Part shown: positions 1-7,865 of the stretch, piece by piece
Layout: each line of letters starts with the position of its first letter
Position numbering within the stretch: position 1 is the stretch's first letter
Virus record (IMG/VR): IMGVR_UViG_3300029263_001128
Coordinates: 1 to 54,934 of that record
Origin: a virus
Lineage: Duplodnaviria > Caudoviricetes
Length of the DNA stretch: 54,934 nucleotides
Reading direction: 5' to 3' (one strand)
Program-made: the position numbers and the translations under genes
The notes under the pieces: model-generated
Told to the model about the DNA's origin: nothing
The model's input: only the letters and a program-made list of their open reading frames with translations
Database searches by the model: none

Positions 1-46
1 ACTAACAGCAGCCCGTTACGTTACATGCAAGAAAGGAGAGAGCACA

Positions 47-268
47 ATGGTTAACCTTCCCGCAATCGAAGCACTCGCGTCTGCGATTGGCTACCTTGCA
101 GCCCGCAACAACGTCCGTGCCCTTGCTTCTCTACAGGAGGCTCTGTGCGCACTTGGCCTGGAGTGGCTGGCGGTCGAGGACAACGTGGTCAAGGTAGCGC
201 GTGGGGTCAGAACCACACCAGCGCCGTCGGATCTTCGATGGTGGCCACGAACGTCCGAGAACTCGTAA
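47..268 (+). CDS. small hypothetical (early-type) protein
   Basis: ORF with AAGGAG RBS upstream of ATG47; no recognisable motif. Confidence 0.6.
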   Translation: MVNLPAIEALASAIGYLAARNNVRALASLQEALCALGLEWLAVEDNVVKVARGVRTTPAPSDLRWWPRTSENS

Positions 269-287
269 AAAGATAAACTCTATCCCC

Positions 288-316
288 TTGACAAGAAGAA
301 GAGGATAGAGTACATT
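288..316 (+). promoter_or_regulatory. sigma70-type promoter TTGACA-N17-TACATT
   Basis: TTGACA 288-293, TACATT 311-316; inverted repeat ACTCTATCC(277-285)/GGATAGAGT(303-311) brackets the -35. Confidence 0.75.
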
Positions 317-358
317 ACCAGTAAGAAGAGAGATAAACATAGATAGAGGATAGATAGC

Positions 359-583
359 ATGAGAAGAGAAGCTATATTAACAGAAGTAGTTATATGGATG
401 TTCCAAGTAGCTATGCACGTAGGGATGATTGGATTGTTTGGATGGTTGTCCTATAAGGTAGGGATAGCCCACGAACTCTTCCAGCCTGATAACTGGTCTA
501 CTTATGGCTTGTGTGTCTTTGCTGGCGTTGTGGCGGCTAATGTCGTCGGTTCTATGATGGGAGGAGCGCCTAATATCGCTTGA
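359..583 (+). CDS. small membrane protein (2 hydrophobic segments)
   Basis: hydrophobic ORF downstream of promoter with GAGG RBS. Confidence 0.65.
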   Translation: MRREAILTEVVIWMFQVAMHVGMIGLFGWLSYKVGIAHELFQPDNWSTYGLCVFAGVVAANVVGSMMGGAPNIA

Positions 584-777
584 TTTACTTGACAGCCCTC
601 TGACTGATCGTAGTGTCACAGGCGTGTCAAAATTCTTTGACAACTCTATAAAGTTTGGTTATTAGCCTTTCAGGGCGTGTTCCGCTGGCGTGTGGTTGGG
701 AAGTGCGGTGGTATTTGGCCCCTTCTCAGCCACATTGTCAAGGACAGGAATCGTCCGCATTATCGATCAGCAGGGCA

Positions 778-806
778 TTGACAACAACGGCCAAAAATGC
801 TATATT
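778..806 (+). promoter_or_regulatory. sigma70-type promoter TTGACA-N17-TATATT (extended TG)
   Basis: TTGACA 778-783, TGC-TATATT 801-806. Confidence 0.75.
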
Positions 807-825
807 TGATGAGAAGGAGATAAAG

Positions 826-930
826 ATGAACACCCCGGCAACACTGAATGATCGCTATCAGCTTTATGTGGAAGCGATGATCTCTATGGGCCTACCATAC
901 GAGTGCTTCGATACTTGGCTGAATAGGTGA
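826..930 (+). CDS. 34-aa hypothetical protein MNTPATLNDRY...
   Basis: AAGGAG RBS before ATG826 directly after promoter; shorter than the listed 655..930 ORF. Confidence 0.6.
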   Translation: MNTPATLNDRYQLYVEAMISMGLPYECFDTWLNR

Positions 931-936
931 TTTTGA

Positions 937-959
937 GAATGCCCACCACCAGGGCATTC
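937..959 (+). terminator. stem-loop GAATGCCC/GGGCATTC
   Basis: 8-bp inverted repeat right after stop codon; no clear U-tract. Confidence 0.45.
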
Positions 960-1000
960 AATAGCCCATCGCCCTATACGAGAGATAAAAACAAAATAGC

Positions 1001-1029
1001 TTGACAAGCGCCCACTTTCAGGTTACATT
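1001..1029 (+). promoter_or_regulatory. sigma70-type promoter TTGACA-N17-TACATT
   Basis: TTGACA 1001-1006, TACATT 1024-1029. Confidence 0.8.
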
Positions 1030-1055
1030 ACTTGTGTAATCAGACAGGAGTCAGC

Positions 1056-1250
1056 ATGAACATCTTCGACGCCATCCACACTGCCCACGCCCTCTTCCTG
1101 AGCGAGGTCACCGTCGAGGTACAGCGCCCCTCCGACGCAGCCATCACGGCTGCCCGGCAGAAGCTCGACGGCGAGACCCTCGCACAGTGGTCGCCCAAGA
1201 TGAAGAAGTCCATCACCGCCGCCCGCAAGATGATTGCCGATCACGCTTGA
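1056..1250 (+). CDS. small hypothetical protein, paralog A
   Basis: CAGGAG RBS, ATG1056; shares RPSDA.I..AR..LD and AARKMIADH with next gene. Confidence 0.75.
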   Translation: MNIFDAIHTAHALFLSEVTVEVQRPSDAAITAARQKLDGETLAQWSPKMKKSITAARKMIADHA

Positions 1251-1275
1251 CAGCAGCCCGGTAACGGGTTACATT
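1247..1275 (+). promoter_or_regulatory. sigma70-type promoter TTGACA-N17-TACATT
   Basis: TTGACA 1247-1252 contains the stop codon of paralog A; TACATT 1270-1275. Confidence 0.8.
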
Positions 1276-1302
1276 ACTTGTGTAATCAGACAGGAGCACG
1301 CC

Positions 1303-1494
1303 ATGACCCTCATCTTCGCCATTGAAATTGCCGTTGACCTCTACCTGAGTGTCGACGACCCACAAGGGCGCCCCTCGGACGCGGACATCGAGAAGGCACG
1401 CCGGACGCTCGACGCATCGCAGCGGTTGGCGACCACTGCTTCATGGCAGAAGTCCGCAGCGGCAGCACGCAAGATGATTGCCGATCATAGTTAA
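1303..1494 (+). CDS. small hypothetical protein, paralog B
   Basis: CAGGAG RBS, ATG1303; paralog of 1056..1250. Confidence 0.75.
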   Translation: MTLIFAIEIAVDLYLSVDDPQGRPSDADIEKARRTLDASQRLATTASWQKSAAAARKMIADHS

Positions 1495-1514
1495 CAGAAC
1501 CGTTTAGTTTGCGC

Positions 1515-1745
1515 AAGGGGGGGACCCCCTCCCCCCTCCCCGGAGGGTAAGTCCCTATAGCCCAGGGGCGCGCAAAATGCGGCGCAGATACGCTCACACC
1601 CGCGCCGCCAAAATCCGAGATTATGCCCCCTAGCTTACCCGGCATTTCGCGGTAAAAAGTTCCAGACACAAACACCCTACCTCAAAAAACCCCCGGTAAA
1701 AAAAATGCCAGACATAAAATCTTCCCAAATCCAAACCCGAGAACA
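1515..1745. repeat. non-coding G/C-tract and direct-repeat element
   Basis: G7 then C5/C6/C4 runs; imperfect repeat CGGTAAAAA..CCAGACA at 1650-1668 and 1694-1714. Confidence 0.6.
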
Positions 1746-1754
1746 AAGCGCAAA

Positions 1755-1761
1755 CTATTTA
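1755..1761 (+). promoter_or_regulatory. candidate phage late-promoter motif CTATTTA (first of many copies)
   Basis: also at 2942, 7193, 9490, 12282, 14357, 16386, 18763, 23051 (CTAATTA at 51902), each shortly upstream of a start codon. Confidence 0.6.
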
Positions 1762-1795
1762 CACCTACTAACCGTCGAGACACAAGGAGAACAAG

Positions 1796-2191
1796 ATGGA
1801 AATAACGAAAAAAAGATTAAAAGCAATCATAATGGAAGAAATCAAGAACATGCACGAAGCAGGTGCCTCTAGAACAGTAGGTGGTGAAGCAGGTCTACAG
1901 CAATTTTATGCGGACAACGACCTAGATCCAAATAAAGACAGAGCTTTTATGAAGGCAATGCAGAAAGTTGGCAGTAAGCGCCCTAAGCGCATAAGACCAT
2001 TTGAGGAGGAACTCTATGACATCTATAATTTCCTAATAACAAAAGGTCTATATGATGAGAAGATGTACCCCGATGGTTCCCGTAGTAGAATGCCGGAGCC
2101 CGGAACAGGTGATCCCGAAGTTGCTCGTGCAGAACTCGTTAAAACTCCCGCTGACCCAAAGGCGATAGACTACGTTCTTGAACGATTGTGA
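1796..2191 (+). CDS. putative head/internal protein with MxITKxRLKxII(M/K)EE leader
   Basis: AAGGAG RBS; N-terminus shared with 7221..7646. Confidence 0.7.
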   Translation: MEITKKRLKAIIMEEIKNMHEAGASRTVGGEAGLQQFYADNDLDPNKDRAFMKAMQKVGSKRPKRIRPFEEELYDIYNFLITKGLYDEKMYPDGSRSRMPEPGTGDPEVARAELVKTPADPKAIDYVLERL

Positions 2192-2212
2192 GATAGAAGG
2201 TTCACACACCAC

Positions 2213-2431
2213 ATGTCGAGAACACAAGAATCCCCAGCTTCAGTAGAGGTTGGGGATTTGGTCGTCTTAAAGCACGATTATTTCCGGCAAGTAGGCTATG
2301 GGATAGTGTTACATCCCAGCATCATACCCCAGAAGTGCGTGGTATTCTGGTTGAGGCTGTCTATAAGCCAGACAGAGTTCTACAATGATTTAGAAATACC
2401 ACCTTGCGGTCCTCCCGCGCGTGCGTTATAA
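2213..2431 (+). CDS. small SH3/KOW-like hypothetical protein
   Basis: VEVGDLVVLK ... GYGIVL ... VVFW pattern. Confidence 0.55.
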   Translation: MSRTQESPASVEVGDLVVLKHDYFRQVGYGIVLHPSIIPQKCVVFWLRLSISQTEFYNDLEIPPCGPPARAL

Positions 2432-2432
2432 T
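2404..2432 (+). promoter_or_regulatory. sigma70-type promoter TTGCGG-N17-TATAAT
   Basis: perfect -10, weak -35. Confidence 0.5.
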
Positions 2433-2467
2433 AGTAGTATAAGCCAGATAATTTCTTTGGAGGCACT

Positions 2468-2791
2468 GTGACGTGGAAAACTTTTTTAATTGCATTCTCG
2501 GTAGGCTGTGGCGGCGACATTGCCTATTATGATAGTGGAGAGCCGCTGTATCCTATCGAAGAGTGGACGTGTTCTCATAATGAGTCCCGTTATTCCGCCT
2601 ATGTGGAGGCGTCTACTATTGATTTGGAAGAGTGGACGGCAATAGACTTCTTTATTCACGACCATGATAGCAGCTATAGCTTGCCAATGAAGAAGCACGA
2701 AGATGGCTACTGGCGAACCTCTGGGAACATCTATGAGCTTGACTGCAATTCTGACAATTTGGGCACCTTTTGGGTCTACTACGAATTGTGA
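2468..2791 (+). CDS. putative lipoprotein
   Basis: GGAGG RBS, GTG start; short hydrophobic signal ending SVGC. Confidence 0.55.
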   Translation: MTWKTFLIAFSVGCGGDIAYYDSGEPLYPIEEWTCSHNESRYSAYVEASTIDLEEWTAIDFFIHDHDSSYSLPMKKHEDGYWRTSGNIYELDCNSDNLGTFWVYYEL

Positions 2792-3002
2792 TTTCTAGTG
2801 TGTTTGAGAGTGCGCCTGTAGTGGCGGTTTTGACGATGCGGAGGTGGAAACTTTTAGCGCAAGAAAAAGTTGCGGCAAAATAGGTGGTAAAAGAAGATAA
2901 ATTTTTTGCGTGCTTTGATTATGAGCATAGGGGTTTACGGACTATTTAAGTGTGCGCTCCCGTTGTTATGTGCTTGGGAGTCTATAAAGGAACTCTTATA
3001 AC

Positions 3003-3764
3003 ATGTTTAAACTAAAATCTATCTTATTTGCTCTCGTTTTTGCTTTTAGTAGCGTCGCTCGTGCTGAGGATGTCATCACTGAAGCCGTTTCAAATCAAAA
3101 TGTTGCTCTCATTGTCTCCGATGCGAGTATGTCTATGACGGAACGCAAGGTTCGCACTGCTGCGGTTCGCGTTTTCGCAAAGGGCGGTGGGCACGGATCT
3201 GGTTCTTACATCAAACATAAAGACTTCCACTTCATCTTGACAGCACAGCATGTCGCTGACGGCCCTGTTTATTCTGATTATGTCGTAAAGAAGGGCGAAG
3301 AGTCAAAGAAAGCAATCCTCGTTTGGTCTGACAAAACAACTGATATCGCCGTTCTTATGTTATTGACTCCATTTGAGACTATCACACCGATGTCTTTCAA
3401 GATAACTTCCGACATTCCAGAAGTGGGAACAGAGATTTCTTACTCTGGTTACCCCTCAAGCCACCAGTTGATGTCTATTCGTGGCAGAGTCGCTGGTTAT
3501 GAGCAGAAAAATGGTGCCGGAACTCAGATAATGCTACACACCTACGGGTGGTTTGGCTGTTCTGGTTCTGTAATCTACAATAAAAAAGAAGAAATCATTG
3601 GAGTTTTGTGGGGAGTTGATGTAGAATACTACCCTGGGATGGCTGTTGTTGAAGAGATGGTTTGGGTTATCCCGGTCCAGAAGTTAAAGATGGACGAAGT
3701 CGTAGAAAATACCTGTAAAACTAAGGGCACAAAGCAAGACCTATCTCGCTTTTGTAGAAGATAA
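3003..3764 (+). CDS. secreted trypsin-like serine protease
   Basis: signal peptide (..VARA), LTAQHV His, DIAVL Asp, GCSGS Ser. Confidence 0.85.
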   Translation: MFKLKSILFALVFAFSSVARAEDVITEAVSNQNVALIVSDASMSMTERKVRTAAVRVFAKGGGHGSGSYIKHKDFHFILTAQHVADGPVYSDYVVKKGEESKKAILVWSDKTTDIAVLMLLTPFETITPMSFKITSDIPEVGTEISYSGYPSSHQLMSIRGRVAGYEQKNGAGTQIMLHTYGWFGCSGSVIYNKKEEIIGVLWGVDVEYYPGMAVVEEMVWVIPVQKLKMDEVVENTCKTKGTKQDLSRFCRR

Positions 3765-3765
3765 A

Positions 3766-4455
3766 TTGAAATTATTACTTGAAAATTGGAGAAAGTTTAT
3801 TAACGAAGCCGACGATTCTAACTTCACGGTCTCAATGGACCCTCAAGACTTTTTGACCCTAACCTATCAGGACGATGCTGACATCGAAGGCAGATCCGAC
3901 TACATTATTGGAATGCCGGGCGGTTTTGATAAGGCGAAAGCCGGTAAACTATCTCTCGTTATCAAGAAGTGTTACGGCGACGATGTAGATAAGGTAATTT
4001 CCCACGCCGGGCGCGCACGATCTATGGCTGCTATGAAGTCGAGCATCGAGCAAGTGCCCGTAATCTTGACTTTTGTTAATTGTGAAGAGCAGCCTGTTCG
4101 TGGAATGAGCAGCTTAAGCTTTACTACAGGCCGGATAGAGGGGCAATTTGATAATTCTTCTGTCTCGGTGGACAAAATAGGCCAACACGAATCCCAAGGC
4201 ATCCTTGATCTTGACACAAAGACAGAAATGTCAGTAGGAGAATTGCTAAAAGTCCTACGAATTGCTTCTTTGGAGAAATCCAGAAGCAACTACAGAATGG
4301 CTGACCTTGTTTTGGACCTAAACAAAGAATATAATTTTATGTTCTCGGGCGGACCTGAACAGGTGAAGGTTATAGTGAGAAACGGACTTCGTTTTCCGGG
4401 GTTTGAGTCAGATCCTCCCGAAGATTCCAATGTAAAAGTCTTAAATAAAGAATAA
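3766..4455 (+). CDS. leader-bearing cassette 1: ParB/Srx-like domain protein
   Basis: MKLLLENWRKFINE leader (TTG start); VISHAGRARSMAA..VPVIL resembles degenerate ParB-like GxHR motif. Confidence 0.6.
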   Translation: MKLLLENWRKFINEADDSNFTVSMDPQDFLTLTYQDDADIEGRSDYIIGMPGGFDKAKAGKLSLVIKKCYGDDVDKVISHAGRARSMAAMKSSIEQVPVILTFVNCEEQPVRGMSSLSFTTGRIEGQFDNSSVSVDKIGQHESQGILDLDTKTEMSVGELLKVLRIASLEKSRSNYRMADLVLDLNKEYNFMFSGGPEQVKVIVRNGLRFPGFESDPPEDSNVKVLNKE

Positions 4456-4457
4456 TA

Positions 4458-5099
4458 ATGAAACTCCTACTTGAAAATTGGCGTGCCTATCTGGATGAAG
4501 AGCAGATAAACGAAAAAATGATGCTGAAACCCGGTCCACAGGGCTGGGATCTCTACGCACAGATAGTTGGCGATGCCTATTTAGCTGCTCCCAGGTTTGA
4601 ACAGAGGGCAGTTCCGCATTTTCAAGCTATGATACCCTTTCTGGAAAAAATGTTTAAGAGGATCTCAAGCAGAGTAGACATAGAATTCGTTGATTACCAC
4701 CCCTACAACACAGCAGCAGAGCTAAGGGATTCGGTAAAGAGCACTGGAAAGATGAAAATAGCAACAATTGATGCTGAAAACGATGTATTTGATGAGATCA
4801 CAAACGCAAAATTCAGAGCGGTCCACGATTATATGTCTCACATTCAGGCAATTGGTTCAAGAGGGACTGAATTTGATTTGAGAGGGGAGCTTGCCTCCTA
4901 TAATGCTCACCTCAAAACAATGCCACAGGAGTCTATTCCTGCCTTATTTACCGAGATTGTCGGACAGACTTGTGCCTATCACGCTGGTGGTGGCACTTTC
5001 GCAGAACAGAAGATCTGTCTATTAGATGGCTTCGATTACACCAACCTTGGTGTTGTCGAGGGTTACGACATAGTTAATAAGGAATTGGTAAAGAAATGA
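4458..5099 (+). CDS. leader-bearing cassette 2: putative metal-binding (HDxxxH..GE) protein
   Basis: MKLLLENWRAYLDE leader; FRAVHDYMSH...RGE motif. Confidence 0.6.
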   Translation: MKLLLENWRAYLDEEQINEKMMLKPGPQGWDLYAQIVGDAYLAAPRFEQRAVPHFQAMIPFLEKMFKRISSRVDIEFVDYHPYNTAAELRDSVKSTGKMKIATIDAENDVFDEITNAKFRAVHDYMSHIQAIGSRGTEFDLRGELASYNAHLKTMPQESIPALFTEIVGQTCAYHAGGGTFAEQKICLLDGFDYTNLGVVEGYDIVNKELVKK

Positions 5100-5611
5100 A
5101 ACTACTACTTGAAAATTGGCGAAATTTCTTGACTGAAGGAGATGTCTTGCGTATAGGGGCGTCCAATAGAAATATAGAAAATCAAAAAAGTCCAGAACTC
5201 TATGGCAACTGCGGAATGCTTGCTGTAGCTCTTTTAGAAGAAGGTATTAAACGCAACAAACAAGTGCAGGTCGTTTTCCTTCATAGCGCCGAAGATCCCC
5301 TTGAAGACGAAGACTATGACTTATATCATGTTGCCATGTATTATAATGGAAAATATTATGACGATCGTGGAGAAACTACAGAAAAAGAAATGTCTAGCCT
5401 AGTCCCCCTCGGATTAACAACTCCACAAAACGAGGAACCCCGCCAAGGGAGAGACTATAATCTAGATTCTTATATAGTTGATGATATGCAAGGTCTTGAC
5501 TATATTTATAAAATAGTTGAGTCCCTTACAGGCTGGTCAAAAACTTGTGATGAATATAGGCAGAGGTCCATAAAATTTTGGGATGGAATAGACAATGAAA
5601 CTACTACTTGA
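5096..5611 (+). CDS. leader-bearing cassette 3: papain/transglutaminase-like Cys-His-Asp protein
   Basis: MKLLLENWRNFLTE leader; GNCGMLAVAL...HVAMYYNGKYYDDRG. Confidence 0.6.
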   Translation: MKLLLENWRNFLTEGDVLRIGASNRNIENQKSPELYGNCGMLAVALLEEGIKRNKQVQVVFLHSAEDPLEDEDYDLYHVAMYYNGKYYDDRGETTEKEMSSLVPLGLTTPQNEEPRQGRDYNLDSYIVDDMQGLDYIYKIVESLTGWSKTCDEYRQRSIKFWDGIDNETTT

Positions 5612-6248
5612 AAATTGGCGAAAGTTCTTGACTGAAAATGAGGCAGCTTACTTCCCTTGGTTAGAGGAATTAGAAAACAAGGGCGGAAAAGCCCTTATGA
5701 GTCCCGATTTTCAACAAGCAGGTTCGGGAGCATTCCGTGTTGTCTTCAAACCAAAAGGAGATGAGGAGCACGTCATCAAGCTATCGAAAGATCCTCGCAA
5801 CAATTGGATGAATAAGATAGAGTCTGAAACGGCCAACTCTTACCCTGATTTGTTCCCCAAGACATTTGCTCACGCTGATGACTGGGAATGGATTGTCCAA
5901 GAAGCTGTCGAGGTGTTGAGCCGAAAAAACGAACAACAAATGCGTGTTATGTTACAGAAGACTTTTCCAAACATTTATGTTGTCTTCAAGGGCGCAACTA
6001 TAAAAGATTATGAACTTTTTCTCTTATGGAGCGATATCGTAGATGCCGCCAAAGGCCCTTACGCAACAAAAGACCAAAAGATTTTTGATTTTGGAATAAA
6101 AAATGAAAAAGCCTTTATTCAACTTGCTTCAGCTATCTCTAGATTCAAAATAGACAGCGAAGATCTGGGTTATGGCAACATAGGGATAAATGAACAAGGA
6201 CAATTAAGGATCTTAGATGCCTCTGTGCTCTTTAGACCAAAGGAATAA
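5595..6248 (+). CDS. leader-bearing cassette 4: protein-kinase-like domain
   Basis: MKLLLENWRKFLTE leader; GSGAFRVVF, VIKL, E, DLGYGNIG, ILD. Confidence 0.7.
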   Translation: MKLLLENWRKFLTENEAAYFPWLEELENKGGKALMSPDFQQAGSGAFRVVFKPKGDEEHVIKLSKDPRNNWMNKIESETANSYPDLFPKTFAHADDWEWIVQEAVEVLSRKNEQQMRVMLQKTFPNIYVVFKGATIKDYELFLLWSDIVDAAKGPYATKDQKIFDFGIKNEKAFIQLASAISRFKIDSEDLGYGNIGINEQGQLRILDASVLFRPKE

Positions 6249-6250
6249 TT

Positions 6251-6730
6251 ATGAAAATATTACTTGAAAACTGGCGGCGATTTATAAATGAGGATGTGCG
6301 AGTCACATTTAAAAAAGCAATTGATCTGGTCTGCCCTCCGGCAACGCAGGACTTGAAGCTTAACACAAAGAACCGTGATTCCGCAATTCATACTGAATAT
6401 ATCCAGTATGGCCCTTTAAATGTAGATAAGCCCGGTGACTACTGGGAGGAAATAGCAGATTATTGGGACTCAACCGAAGAAGCAGCCGAAGCTTCTAACT
6501 GTGGAGTTTGCACTGCTTTTGACATCTCTCCTCGGATGCTGGAATGTATGCCCGGAGAGACATCCGATGACGACGGGCTTCTCGGCTATTGCTGGATGCA
6601 CCACTTCAAGTGCCACTCTGCGCGAGCTTGTAGGACTTGGGCAAAAGGTGGCCCGATAGAAGAAGATTCAGTTTCTGCTGATTGGCAGGAGCGCTCAAAT
6701 ATTGGAGATAAAGATGAAACTCCTACTTGA
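6251..6730 (+). CDS. leader-bearing cassette 5: Cys/His-rich (HiPIP-like spacing) protein
   Basis: MKILLENWRRFINE leader; CGVCTAF...GYCWMHHFKC...CRTW. Confidence 0.6.
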   Translation: MKILLENWRRFINEDVRVTFKKAIDLVCPPATQDLKLNTKNRDSAIHTEYIQYGPLNVDKPGDYWEEIADYWDSTEEAAEASNCGVCTAFDISPRMLECMPGETSDDDGLLGYCWMHHFKCHSARACRTWAKGGPIEEDSVSADWQERSNIGDKDETPT

Positions 6731-7154
6731 AAACTGGAATAGGTTTTTGGCTGAAGCTGTAGAACTCCCTTCTGAATGTGAAGGTGAGGAAGGATATTAT
6801 CACTCTCTTCCCTCGTCTTTGATCAAGTCCGTACTAAGAAACGGACTCCGACCCAGCCCATCAGGGAGCGATTCAAAGTTCGGATTGGGTGAATGGTCTG
6901 CTGGCAAGTCTTTTATCTCGATGGGATATAGTAATGCAGTAAAGTGGCAAGTTCAGATAGAAGAGGCAACAGGTGAGCCTGCTGGCATTGTTCAGATAGA
7001 ACTGCCAGATGATTTTATAAATGCTCTGAAGCTTGACACACAGGCCGTAGATGACGGAGATCATTGTGCTTTCTATGTAGAAGAGGTAATTCCATCAAAG
7101 TTTATCACCCTGCTTGATTATGGCCCATCTGATTACTTTGAAGACGATGAATGA
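6714..7154 (+). CDS. leader-bearing cassette 6: ADP-ribosyltransferase-like domain
   Basis: true start ATG6714 (GGAG RBS); MKLLLENWNRFLAE; YYHS..SVLRNGLRP..SFIS..VEEVIP resembles Tpt1/KptA-like ART fold. Confidence 0.6.
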   Translation: MKLLLENWNRFLAEAVELPSECEGEEGYYHSLPSSLIKSVLRNGLRPSPSGSDSKFGLGEWSAGKSFISMGYSNAVKWQVQIEEATGEPAGIVQIELPDDFINALKLDTQAVDDGDHCAFYVEEVIPSKFITLLDYGPSDYFEDDE

Positions 7155-7183
7155 AGCTCCTAATTGAAAGTTGGCGCAACTAA
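7151..7183 (+). pseudogene. empty leader-only cassette MKLLIESWRN*
   Basis: ATGAAGCTCCTAATTGAAAGTTGGCGCAACTAA, ATGA-coupled to cassette 6; absent from ORF track (too short). Confidence 0.8.
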
Positions 7184-7220
7184 ATAAACCCACTATTTAA
7201 TTATAAAGAGGAAGACTAAT

Positions 7221-7646
7221 ATGAAGATTACCAAAGCAAGACTAAAACAGATCATCAAGGAAGAACTTGAGAATGTAGTGGAGGACCGCCAACCAAAATA
7301 TAAAATCAAGGCTTCTGATGTTAGCAAGGCACGTAAGATCCTTAATTATGCTGGTCACGGCTATGCCCTTGACGATGAGGGTAATCTACAAGCAGACGAT
7401 AAGTCCGTTAAGCTGCTTATCCCGAGCGGGATCGGTGTTCGGAGTGTGGAGGAAAAATTAAATGAAGAACTCACCCGTCAAGACAAAACCGATGTAAAGA
7501 AGATGGTCAAGGACGAACTTGAGAAGCTGCTTAAGAAAAAGGATACCAAGGATCAGATGGGTGAGATTGCAAAGAGAATTCTAAAGAAGCTTTACAAGGA
7601 TCTTTCATTAGAGCATCCATACATTATTGACCGCATCAAGATTTGA
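7221..7646 (+). CDS. putative head/internal protein with MKITKARLKQIIKEE leader
   Basis: CTATTTA motif and GAGG RBS upstream; internal LNEE and KKMVKDE repeats. Confidence 0.7.
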   Translation: MKITKARLKQIIKEELENVVEDRQPKYKIKASDVSKARKILNYAGHGYALDDEGNLQADDKSVKLLIPSGIGVRSVEEKLNEELTRQDKTDVKKMVKDELEKLLKKKDTKDQMGEIAKRILKKLYKDLSLEHPYIIDRIKI

Positions 7647-7655
7647 GGTTATTTT

Positions 7656-7865
7656 ATGACAATCCCCATCCCTGATCTGTGGTCAGAAAAGTTCTCGCAA
7701 GCGAAACAAGGAGACTGGATTTATTATCAAAACTACGCTAGCAAAATCACAGGATTAGTTGTGGAGGTTGACCAAAAGACCGACTTTATGAAAGTTCATT
7801 GCTTTGAGACAATGAATCTTCGATGGTTCACCAGAAAAAACATTGGTCAGTATTTGGTTTTATGA
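7656..7865 (+). CDS. small SH3/KOW-like protein
   Basis: KQGDWIYY..GLVVEV..KVHC. Confidence 0.55.
   Translation: MTIPIPDLWSEKFSQAKQGDWIYYQNYASKITGLVVEVDQKTDFMKVHCFETMNLRWFTRKNIGQYLVL

Larger units (their letters stand above)
1021..1296 (+). repeat. identical 30-nt direct repeat GGTTACATTACTTGTGTAATCAGACAGGAG (1021-1050, 1267-1296)
   Basis: read directly; covers -10, a TTACA/TGTAA inverted repeat and the RBS. Confidence 0.9.

Noticed and set aside
655-825. 5' extension of ORF 655..930
   Set aside because: Spans a promoter (778-806); the RBS supports a start at 826.
3766-7183. Leader repeats as a CRISPR array or DGR template/variable repeat
   Set aside because: Repeats are in-frame coding starts separated by 440-690 nt genes; no cas operon, no reverse transcriptase and no adenine-specific mismatch pattern in the window.
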